A stretch of 64,000 nucleotides of DNA from an uncultured Anaerolineales bacterium (GTDB taxonomy: Bacteria > Chloroflexota > Anaerolineae > Anaerolineales > UBA6663), in assembly GCA_937952305.1 (NCBI GenBank), contig CALFZO010000006.1, positions 136,558-200,557 on the forward strand, in the 5' to 3' direction. Positions 46,121 through 53,631 of this stretch are shown here, in pieces. Each line of letters opens with the position of its first letter. Positions within the stretch are counted from its first letter, which is position 1. The translations under genes and the position numbers were made by a program. A model generated the notes under the pieces. It saw nothing but the letters and a program-made list of their open reading frames with translations. It was not told the DNA's origin and made no database searches.

Positions 46121-47410
46121 ATGCCGAAACCAGAGTTCAACCCCTTTGAGGTCGCCCAACGCCAGTTCGACGCCGTCGCCGACAAGCTCAAGCTGGACGA
46201 GCACGTGCGCGCCATCCTGCGCTGGCCGATGCGCGAGTACCGCTTCCAGATCCCGGTGCGCATGGACGACGGCTCGATCAACGTCTACTTCGGCTACCGT
46301 GTCCAGCACAACGACGCGCGCGGCCCGGCCAAGGGCGGCATCCGCTTCCACCCGAATGAGACCGTGGACACGGTCCGGGCGCTGGCGATGTGGATGACGT
46401 GGAAATGCGCGGCCGCCGATATCCCGCTCGGCGGCGGCAAGGGCGGCGTGGTGGTGGACCCGGCCGGCCTGTCGGTGGGCGAGAAGGAGCGCCTGTGCCG
46501 CGGCTTCATCGACGGCATCTGGAAGAACCTCGGCCCGCGCATCGACGTGCCCGCCCCGGATGTGGGCACCACCCCGCAGATGATGGGCTGGATGATGGAC
46601 GAGTACTCCAAACTCACCGGCCAGTATGTGCCGGGCGTGATCACGGGCAAGCCGGTGGGCAGCGGCGGCTCGCTCGGCCGTACGGAGGCCACCGGCTTCG
46701 GCGTCATCCACACCATCCGTGAGGCGCTGCGCCTGCTGCAGTTGGACGGCCGCACCTGCACGGCGTCGGTGCAGGGCTTCGGCAACGTCGGCCAGTATGC
46801 GGCCATCGGCTTCAGCGAGCTCCTGGGCGGCAAGGTGGTGGCCGTCTCGTGCTATGACCGGCACGACAAGACCGCGCACACCTTCTTCAAGCCGGACGGC
46901 CTGGACGCGCGCTTCCTGCAGTCCATCACCGACCAGTACGGCACGATCGACAAGGCCAAGGCCCAGGCGGCCGGCTGCGTGATCGAACCCGGCGACGCCT
47001 GGCTGTCTAAGGACGTGGACGTGCTCATCCCGGCCGCGCTGGAGGGCCAGCTCACCGCCGAGACGGCCGACCAGGTCAGCCGCCAGGTCAAGATCGTGGC
47101 GGAGGGCGCCAACGGCCCGACCACGCCCGAGGCCGACGCCATCTTCCAGAAGCGCGGGCTCTTCCTGATCCCGGACTTCCTGTGCAACGCCGGCGGCGTG
47201 ACGGTCTCGTACTTTGAAAGCGTGCAGAGCGACGCCAACTACTACTGGGAGCACGAGGCCGTGCTGCGCCGGCTGGATCAGAAGATGACGGCCGCCTTCC
47301 AGGGCGTCTCCCAGATGGCGCGCGAGCGCGACGTCTACATGCGCGACGCCGCCTACATGGTCGCGATCGACCGCGTGGTCAAGGCGATGGAATTGCGCGG
47401 CTGGGTGTAG
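46121..47410 (+). CDS. gdhA: Glutamate dehydrogenase (Glu/Leu/Phe/Val dehydrogenase family)
   Basis: 429 aa with GPAKGGIRFHP, the catalytic-Lys region PLGGGKGGV and an NAD(P) fold VQGFGNVG. SD AAGGAG precedes the start. Confidence 0.95.
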   Translation: MPKPEFNPFEVAQRQFDAVADKLKLDEHVRAILRWPMREYRFQIPVRMDDGSINVYFGYRVQHNDARGPAKGGIRFHPNETVDTVRALAMWMTWKCAAADIPLGGGKGGVVVDPAGLSVGEKERLCRGFIDGIWKNLGPRIDVPAPDVGTTPQMMGWMMDEYSKLTGQYVPGVITGKPVGSGGSLGRTEATGFGVIHTIREALRLLQLDGRTCTASVQGFGNVGQYAAIGFSELLGGKVVAVSCYDRHDKTAHTFFKPDGLDARFLQSITDQYGTIDKAKAQAAGCVIEPGDAWLSKDVDVLIPAALEGQLTAETADQVSRQVKIVAEGANGPTTPEADAIFQKRGLFLIPDFLCNAGGVTVSYFESVQSDANYYWEHEAVLRRLDQKMTAAFQGVSQMARERDVYMRDAAYMVAIDRVVKAMELRGWV

Positions 47411-47440
47411 CCGCCGAACCGGCCTCGCCGGATAACGCGC

Positions 47441-47476
47441 CGTGCCCGGCCAATGGCCGGGCACGGCTTTTTCTTT
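47441..47476 (+). terminator. Canonical rho-independent terminator after gdhA
   Basis: CGTGCCCGGCC (47441-47451) pairs with GGCCGGGCACG (47455-47465), an 11-bp perfect stem with a 3-nt loop, followed by GCTTTTTCTTT. Confidence 0.85.
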
Positions 47477-47494
47477 CCCTGTCCTCCCGCGGGG

Positions 47495-50029
47495 TCAGCC
47501 CGCGTCCGGGGCCAGCAGCGCCACCGCCTGGCTGCGCACATCGTCCAGGATCAGCTCAAGGTGGTGCCCCGGCCGAAAATCGGCGACGTCGATCAGGCGC
47601 AGGCAGGCGGCCACCGCCGGGCTGGCCGCCACCCGGTCCAGCAGGCGGTTGGGCGTGCCGGAGAAAAAATCCTGGTTGAAGACTGACTGCGGATCGTCCA
47701 GGCAGACGGCCACCGGGTAGATCTGCGCCTCCATCAGGTCCTGAAAGAAGTGCGTGCCCAGGGACGGCTCCGGCGCCGGCCCATGGCCGCGCCCGGCCAG
47801 CTCCACCAGGGCGCCGGCGTTGTAGATGTCGGCGTAGCTCACGTACACGCCCAGCTCCGGGTTGGTGGTGCCCCAGCGGCCCGGCCCCACCAGGATGTAC
47901 GCCTTCTCGCCCAAAGTAAGGTTGAGCTGCGCGATGGCCTTGGTCAGCTCGGCGCGCCCGGCCGCCGTGGGCAGGACCGAGTAGGCCTCGGGCGCCACGT
48001 AGACCACGTGGCGGATGTGCGGCAGGTAGCCTTGCGGCACCACAAAGCGCGTAGACAGGATGACGCGCTCCGGCGCCAGGTCGCGTGGCAGGGCGGCCAC
48101 GGCCGGCAGCGGCAGCGTGCTTTGCGGCCGGCATTGCAGCAGCGTCAGCGCCACCTGCGGCCGCCCGCCGTCGGCGTCCACCACGCGCACCGTGAACTCC
48201 AGGTCCACGGCCACGTGGTAATGCTCCTCCAACACCCGCAGCATCTGGGCCAGCAGGGCCGCGAAGGAGGTCCGGCGCACCAGGCCATCGAAGGTCAGCA
48301 CCAGGCCGGGGATGTCGCCGGCCAGCAGCGTGCCGCGCGGCGTCGTGAAGAAGCCGTCCGCCTCCAGTTGCGCCAGGTAGCGCAGCGCCGGGTAGTCCGG
48401 CGTCAGGACCTCGGCCACCGGCCGGGTGACCAGCGTGTTGGCCTCCAGGTCGATCAGGTCCACCCAGTGCTGTGAGTAGAAGCGCAGAGCCTCCGGCGAG
48501 TCGTCGGGCTGGAGGGTGGGGTGGCTGAGCGCGATCAGGTGCGGGTAGTCGTTGCCGACGCGGTCGACGGCGCGCGTCCCCAGCCCCCACACCAGCCGCA
48601 CAAAGCCGGCCTCGGGCCGGATGCGCGGCGACCAGCGATACAGGTTGCGGCTGAAGGCCACGCCCGCCCCGAACGGCAGGCAATAACGCCCAAAGCGCTC
48701 GCCCTGCACCACCTGGATCAGGATGGCCATGCGCTCGTCGTAGTCTTGCAGCTTCTTGCTGCGCCGGTAGAGCAGGGCCTCCGGCTTGAGCGTGCTGGCG
48801 TACGTTTGGGCAATGGCCTGCGTCAGCGCCCGCAGGTTCTCGTCCGGCGTCCCCTGGTTGGGACAGAAGAAGCTGTCGTACTTGCCGGCGAAAGAGGTGC
48901 CGAAGTTGTCCTCTAACTGGCTGGACGAGCGCACGATCAGCGGCTGCGCGCCCACGCGCGCCAGCATCGCCTCCAGCTCGCGCACGATCTCGGGCGGGAA
49001 CCCGCCGGCCTGGAACTCGGCCTGGATCTGCGGATACTCCGCCCGGATCTGGTCCTCCGGCTTGTATTTCTGATTGTTCCAGTGCATCAGCCCGTTCATG
49101 GCCATGAACAGGTAGATCAGGTCCGAGCCCAGATAGTAGGACTCGGGCACGCGCACACTGGCGCGCACCGCCGGGTCGGCCGCCGTCTGCAGGATGCGCG
49201 CCGCCAGCCGGAGGCCGGCCGCCTTGCCGCCGATGCGGCCTTGGCCGATCCGGTGCGCGTAGATCTCGGCCAGGTCCGCCAGGGTCAGCCACTCCTTGGC
49301 CACGTTGATGTAGGCGAGTTGATCGCTGATCAGGCGCCGGATCAGGGCGACCTTGATATCGCGCCGGCAGTGCGCCAGGAACTCCTGCTCGCGCGCCGGC
49401 AGCTTCTCGATCGCTTGGGCTTGCGCGAACAGCACGCTCTCCGGGATCAGCTCCGGGTCGGAAAAAGCCAGCAGGTCCTGGACCGCCTGGTCCAGGTCAC
49501 GCGGCGTGGCGCGCTCGCCGCCGGCCCGCTGCCAGATCGGCGCCGAGTGGATCACGCGGCGATGGATCACCAGGCCGTGGCCGCGGCATTGCTGGATGTC
49601 GTCGTCATCCACCATCTGCAGATCAAGCGTAAAGCAGGCCGGGCGTGCGTTGCGGCAGCCATAGCGGCGCCGGCGCTCCGCCAGCCCCGCTTCCAGCGTC
49701 TCCCCCAGGCCGTGCAGGGCCGCGCTCTTGCGTTCCACCCACGCGATCAGGTTGATGCCGCCGCGCCGGCTGCCATCGCCCAGGCCGGCCGCGCCGTCCT
49801 CGCCGGTGCTGCGGTAGATGGCCTTGACGGTCGGGTCCAGCCGGCCGACGAGCTCGCCGACCTGCCGGACCAGGCTGTCACACAGCGCGCCGCAGACGTC
49901 GCAGCGCCCCTCGCGCAGGGCTTGCTGCGCCTGCGGGGCGTTGCCGCCGAACTTGGCCGCCGCGCAATCGGCGACGGCCTGGTCCAGCAGTTGGTCGGCC
50001 AACGCGGGGTCTAGTTCCACGGCGGACAT
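47495..50029 (-). CDS. PPDK_N (PEP/pyruvate-binding, ATP-grasp) domain protein without phosphohistidine swivel or TIM domains, paralog A
   Basis: Motifs are IGGKAAGLRLAARIL and PLIVRSSSQLEDNFGTSFAGKYDSFF, and LLQCRPQS ends the ATP-grasp. The conserved C-terminal GPGRWGTTNPELGV...EPSLGTHFFQDL region is of unknown function. ATG 50029 (AAGGGTGGG upstream) is preferred over GTG 50038. Confidence 0.8.
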   Translation of the reverse strand: MSAVELDPALADQLLDQAVADCAAAKFGGNAPQAQQALREGRCDVCGALCDSLVRQVGELVGRLDPTVKAIYRSTGEDGAAGLGDGSRRGGINLIAWVERKSAALHGLGETLEAGLAERRRRYGCRNARPACFTLDLQMVDDDDIQQCRGHGLVIHRRVIHSAPIWQRAGGERATPRDLDQAVQDLLAFSDPELIPESVLFAQAQAIEKLPAREQEFLAHCRRDIKVALIRRLISDQLAYINVAKEWLTLADLAEIYAHRIGQGRIGGKAAGLRLAARILQTAADPAVRASVRVPESYYLGSDLIYLFMAMNGLMHWNNQKYKPEDQIRAEYPQIQAEFQAGGFPPEIVRELEAMLARVGAQPLIVRSSSQLEDNFGTSFAGKYDSFFCPNQGTPDENLRALTQAIAQTYASTLKPEALLYRRSKKLQDYDERMAILIQVVQGERFGRYCLPFGAGVAFSRNLYRWSPRIRPEAGFVRLVWGLGTRAVDRVGNDYPHLIALSHPTLQPDDSPEALRFYSQHWVDLIDLEANTLVTRPVAEVLTPDYPALRYLAQLEADGFFTTPRGTLLAGDIPGLVLTFDGLVRRTSFAALLAQMLRVLEEHYHVAVDLEFTVRVVDADGGRPQVALTLLQCRPQSTLPLPAVAALPRDLAPERVILSTRFVVPQGYLPHIRHVVYVAPEAYSVLPTAAGRAELTKAIAQLNLTLGEKAYILVGPGRWGTTNPELGVYVSYADIYNAGALVELAGRGHGPAPEPSLGTHFFQDLMEAQIYPVAVCLDDPQSVFNQDFFSGTPNRLLDRVAASPAVAACLRLIDVADFRPGHHLELILDDVRSQAVALLAPDAG

Positions 50030-50068
50030 GCCACCCACCCTTACGATGTCTGCGGCGCGGCCAGAGCG

Positions 50069-50096
50069 CGCTCAACTGAGCGCGCTCAGTTGAGCG
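50069..50096. repeat. 28-bp perfect palindrome spanning the stop codon of the GltS-FMN-like gene
   Basis: CGCTCAACTGAGCG (50069-50082) is immediately followed by CGCTCAGTTGAGCG (50083-50096). Confidence 0.9.
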
Positions 50097-51732
50097 ACGG
50101 CAGCGGCGGCTTGCGGCGCGTCTTGGGCCGCGCGCCGCGCGATCCGGACCGGCGCTCAGACGCGGTGTGCCCGTTGCCCTGGCGCCCCACCGGGGCCAGC
50201 GCCTCCCAGATGGGCAGCGGCCGCTCGTAGCCCGCCAGCTTGAGGCCGGTCAGCGCGGCCGTGTTCATGTCCAGCGCGCGCAGATCCTCGGTGGACAGGT
50301 CGGCGATGGCGCGATGGCCGGAGAGCATGGTCAGGATCTTGACCTCCTCCGCGCAGGCATGGATGAAGTTGGCCAGCTTCTGCCCGGCCGCCAGCGGGTC
50401 CAGGCGGGCGCGCAGTTCGGGCTTCTGGCTGGTGATGCCGTACGGGCAGTTGCCCTTGTGGCAGGCGTAGCAGGCGCGGCAGCCCATGGCGATCTCGGCC
50501 GCGCTGCCGAAACCAACCGCGTCGGCGCCCATGGCCAGGGCCTTGAAGGCGTCCAGGCCGTTGCGCAGGCCGCCCAGCGCGATCAGCTTGACCTGGCGGT
50601 GCACGCCATAGTCCTTCAGCGCCTGGACCGCCGGCGGGAGACAGGCGATGGTGGGGATGCCCACGCCCTGGGTGACGATGTCCGGCGAGCAGCCGGTGCC
50701 GCCCACCAGGCCGTCGATGCTGATGGCGTCGGCGCCGGCTTCGATGCAGGCGGCCACGTCCGCGTACGGGCGCGACGGCCCGAGCTTGAACAGGATCGGC
50801 ACGCGATAATCGGTGACGTCGCGCAGGAACGCCACCATGCGGCGCATGTCCTCCGGCGTCTGCACGTCATAGTAACGGCACGGGCTGAGCGCGTCCGAGC
50901 CCACCGGCACGCCGCGCACGCGTGAGACGGCCTCCGTGACCTTGGAGCCGAGCAGGTGGCCGCCCATGCCGGGTTTAGCGCCCTGGCCGATCTTGACCTC
51001 GACCGCGTCGCCGGCGTTGACGTAGTCCGCCGAGACGCCCCACCGGCCGGTGGACCACTGGATGACGAGGTAGCCGCCCGGGTCCCACTGCTTGTGGGCG
51101 CGGGCCTCATCGGCGTAACCGCGCGCCAGCCACGCCTCGGCCGGCACCAGGCCGCCCTCGCCGGTGTTGGTGGCGATGCCGGTCAGGGCCGCGCCGATGG
51201 CCAGGGCCTGCTTGGCCTCCTGGCTCAGCGCGCCGAACGACATGGCCGCCCACACAAACGGCAGCTTGAGCCGCAGCGGCTGGGAGCAAGTGTCCGCGCC
51301 GATGATCACTTCCAGGTCGCACTCCTCGCGGTACTTGTCGCGCGGCGCCGCGCTGGCGATCTGGCTGGGCACAACCGTGATCGTATCGAAGTTGGGCGTC
51401 GGGCCTTGCGTGCCAAAGCCGCGCAGCAGGTACTCGCCGGTCTGGGCTTTGGCGTGGACTTCTTCCACGGCGGCCAGCGTCCACGGGTAGCGGCTGAGAT
51501 ACTCCGACTCGGCCGGGTTGATGCGGATGGCGTCGGCCGGGCAGAACTCGGCGCAGATCCGGCAGCCCACGCAGGCGTTGTAGTTCTGGATGTGCATCGC
51601 GCCGCTGGCGAGGTCAAGCGCGTACACGCCGTGCGGGCAGACTTCGGCGCAGGTGGCGCACTTGCCCGGCATCTGCGCGTTGAGGCAGGCTTCTTGGTTA
51701 ACACTGATACAAAAGGCGCCTATGACAGCCAT
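50086..51732 (-). CDS. Glutamate-synthase FMN-domain (GltB domain 2-like) protein with N-terminal 2x[4Fe-4S] ferredoxin domain
   Basis: 548 aa with N-terminal CATCAEVCP and CVGCRICAEFCP. GltS motifs are TNTGEGG, KIGQGAKPGMGGHLLG, SIDGLVGGTGCSP, ALGGLRNGLDAFKALAMGADAVGFG and CRACYACHKGNCPYGITSQ. SD GAGGAGG precedes the start. Confidence 0.85.
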   Translation of the reverse strand: MAVIGAFCISVNQEACLNAQMPGKCATCAEVCPHGVYALDLASGAMHIQNYNACVGCRICAEFCPADAIRINPAESEYLSRYPWTLAAVEEVHAKAQTGEYLLRGFGTQGPTPNFDTITVVPSQIASAAPRDKYREECDLEVIIGADTCSQPLRLKLPFVWAAMSFGALSQEAKQALAIGAALTGIATNTGEGGLVPAEAWLARGYADEARAHKQWDPGGYLVIQWSTGRWGVSADYVNAGDAVEVKIGQGAKPGMGGHLLGSKVTEAVSRVRGVPVGSDALSPCRYYDVQTPEDMRRMVAFLRDVTDYRVPILFKLGPSRPYADVAACIEAGADAISIDGLVGGTGCSPDIVTQGVGIPTIACLPPAVQALKDYGVHRQVKLIALGGLRNGLDAFKALAMGADAVGFGSAAEIAMGCRACYACHKGNCPYGITSQKPELRARLDPLAAGQKLANFIHACAEEVKILTMLSGHRAIADLSTEDLRALDMNTAALTGLKLAGYERPLPIWEALAPVGRQGNGHTASERRSGSRGARPKTRRKPPLPSLN

Positions 51733-51742
51733 GGCGTCCTCC

Positions 51743-52393
51743 TCAGTTGTAGAACGGCTTGGGCGACGCGGCCACGACCTTCTGGAAGCGGGCCGGGTCG
51801 GCCGTCAGGCCGTATTGCTCGAAGTAGCCGCGCAGCTTGGCCAGGTCGGCCTCGGTCAGCGGCTCCACGCGCGTGTTGTGGCCGAGGCTCCGCCACGCGC
51901 CGCCGATGTAGACGGTGCCGCGGATCAGGTAGTTGGCGAAGTTGGCGCCGGCGTCCCCGACGATCACCAGATCACCCTTGAGCATGTAGGTGCCGGCCTC
52001 GTCGCCGACGTCGCCAGCCACCAGGATGACGGCGCCCTTGTTCATGGTCGCGGTGAAGTCGCCGGCGTCGCCGCGCACGACGACGGTGCCGCCATAGCAG
52101 TACTGGCCGGCGCCGTAGCCGGCGTCGCCGTCCACGATGACGGTGCCGGCCGTCATGTTGTCGGCCAGATACTGGCCGGCGTTGCGCTGCACGTGCAGGG
52201 TCGCCCCGGCGTTCAGCACGCCCAGGTAGTCGCCGGCGTCGCCCGCGATCTCCACCTGGCCCTGCTTCAACCCGGCCGCCAGGCCGTGCACGTGGGCGGC
52301 GTGCCTCACCGTCACCGGTTCTCCGTTCAGGGAAGCGCGCAGCGCCTGGTTGACGGCGCGCAGGTCTTTGTGTTTGGCGTCAATGGTCTTCAT
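51743..52393 (-). CDS. GXGXG-motif protein (GltB domain 3 / FwdC-like)
   Basis: 216 aa with repeated GDAG/GxGxG turns (IAGDAGDYLG, VDGDAGYGAG, VRGDAGDFTA, VAGDVGDEAG, IVGDAGANFA). SD GGGAGGTGG precedes the start. Confidence 0.85.
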   Translation of the reverse strand: MKTIDAKHKDLRAVNQALRASLNGEPVTVRHAAHVHGLAAGLKQGQVEIAGDAGDYLGVLNAGATLHVQRNAGQYLADNMTAGTVIVDGDAGYGAGQYCYGGTVVVRGDAGDFTATMNKGAVILVAGDVGDEAGTYMLKGDLVIVGDAGANFANYLIRGTVYIGGAWRSLGHNTRVEPLTEADLAKLRGYFEQYGLTADPARFQKVVAASPKPFYN

Positions 52394-52408
52394 CGTCCAC
52401 CTCCCGCC

Positions 52409-53575
52409 TCAACAGCCCGTGCAGCCGTTGCGCGCCCGGGTTGGCGCGCCGGCTCGGCTGGGGGTGCGGTACAGGCGCGTGAACTGCTGGATGGCTTCAC
52501 CACGCTTAAGCGGGTCGGCCAGCGCATCCAGGGCCAGCACGCGCCAATCCTGGAAGGCCTCCGCCCGCGCGCGCCGGTCCTTGTCCCCGGCCGCCGCCGC
52601 CAGCGCGGCTTCGTCCACGTCCCGGCCGGTCTCCAGCAGCCCCATCTGCACCGCGTTGCGCACGAAGACGTCGCCGGCGCGGGTGCGGATAAGCAGGCTG
52701 GCCGCGTCCGCGTTGGCGTCCAGCGTCCCCAGCGCCAGGTCGGCGGATTCGCCCAGGTAGTCATCGCAGCTCGCGCAGCCGGCGCGCGTGTAGGCTTCGG
52801 CCTCCTCGCGCGGGAGGGTGCGGACGCTGCCGTCCCACAGGTGCGCGTTGAGCCAGCGCCGGTCCGGCGAGACCTCCAGCCGCTTCACCTGCTGGCGCGG
52901 CACGCCCAGGCGCTGCACCAACACGTCCTCGATCAACTCCGGGCGGTAGACGCCGGTGCAGAACAGCGCCACCGTCAGGCGCACGGCGTCCTGATACGGC
53001 TTCAGGCGCGGATTGGTGGAAGCCTTGAGCTTGCGGATGGCCTGCGCCGCGCAGGGCGGGCCGACGATGGCGATGTCCTTCAGGCCGCGCTCGAAGACGG
53101 CTTCATTCAGCGCATCCAGCACCGGCGCCCACAGATAGTGCAGGCCCACGCCCTCGGCGATCGCCTCCACCGTGGAGACGACCTCAGTTACGGGCCGCAG
53201 GTCCCACGGGTCCAGGTCCAGCCGGACGACGCCGTCCAGCAGGCCGGCGCTCAGCCCGGCCACCAGGAGGCTGCGCGCGACGTCGTTGGGCGTCCCGCCG
53301 CGCACCGGTCCGCGCGCGCGCGCCGAGACGGTCACCTGGGCCTCCAGCGGCGCCCAGCGCTCCAGGCGCGGGCAGACCGCTTCGCAGAAGTGCTGGCAGA
53401 ACGAGCAGCTGTCCAGCGGGCCTTTGGTGTAGCCGACGGTCTTCAGACGCGCCGCCAGCACGGGATGCTCGCCGCCGTTCCATTGCAGCACCTGCTTGGA
53501 GCAGGCCGCCACGCACAGGCCGCAGCCCGCGCAGCGCTCCAGCGCCCAGACCTCCTTCTCTAATCGTGTCGCCAT
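52409..53575 (-). CDS. FrhB/FdhB-family (coenzyme F420 hydrogenase/dehydrogenase beta-subunit-like) FeS flavoprotein
   Basis: ATG at 53575 with CAGGAGGTGAAAGC upstream. 388 aa with N-terminal Cys motifs CAGCGLCVAAC...CSFCQHFCEAVCP, then IAIVGPPCAAQAIRKL, LFCTGVY and CASCDDYLGESADLALG. The listed ORF 52409-53992 has a 139-codon Arg/Pro junk extension overlapping the upstream gene. Confidence 0.8.
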   Translation of the reverse strand: MATRLEKEVWALERCAGCGLCVAACSKQVLQWNGGEHPVLAARLKTVGYTKGPLDSCSFCQHFCEAVCPRLERWAPLEAQVTVSARARGPVRGGTPNDVARSLLVAGLSAGLLDGVVRLDLDPWDLRPVTEVVSTVEAIAEGVGLHYLWAPVLDALNEAVFERGLKDIAIVGPPCAAQAIRKLKASTNPRLKPYQDAVRLTVALFCTGVYRPELIEDVLVQRLGVPRQQVKRLEVSPDRRWLNAHLWDGSVRTLPREEAEAYTRAGCASCDDYLGESADLALGTLDANADAASLLIRTRAGDVFVRNAVQMGLLETGRDVDEAALAAAAGDKDRRARAEAFQDWRVLALDALADPLKRGEAIQQFTRLYRTPSRAGAPTRARNGCTGC

Positions 53576-53631
53576 GCTTTCACCTCCTGAAGGTGGCGGT
53601 TGATCGGATTGTTGCGAATCGGCCTCAATGT

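Noticed and set aside
50086-52393. Annotating the GltS-like pair simply as archaeal-type glutamate synthase
   Set aside because: The glutamine amidotransferase subunit and any GltD-like partner are missing locally. The function is therefore left open.
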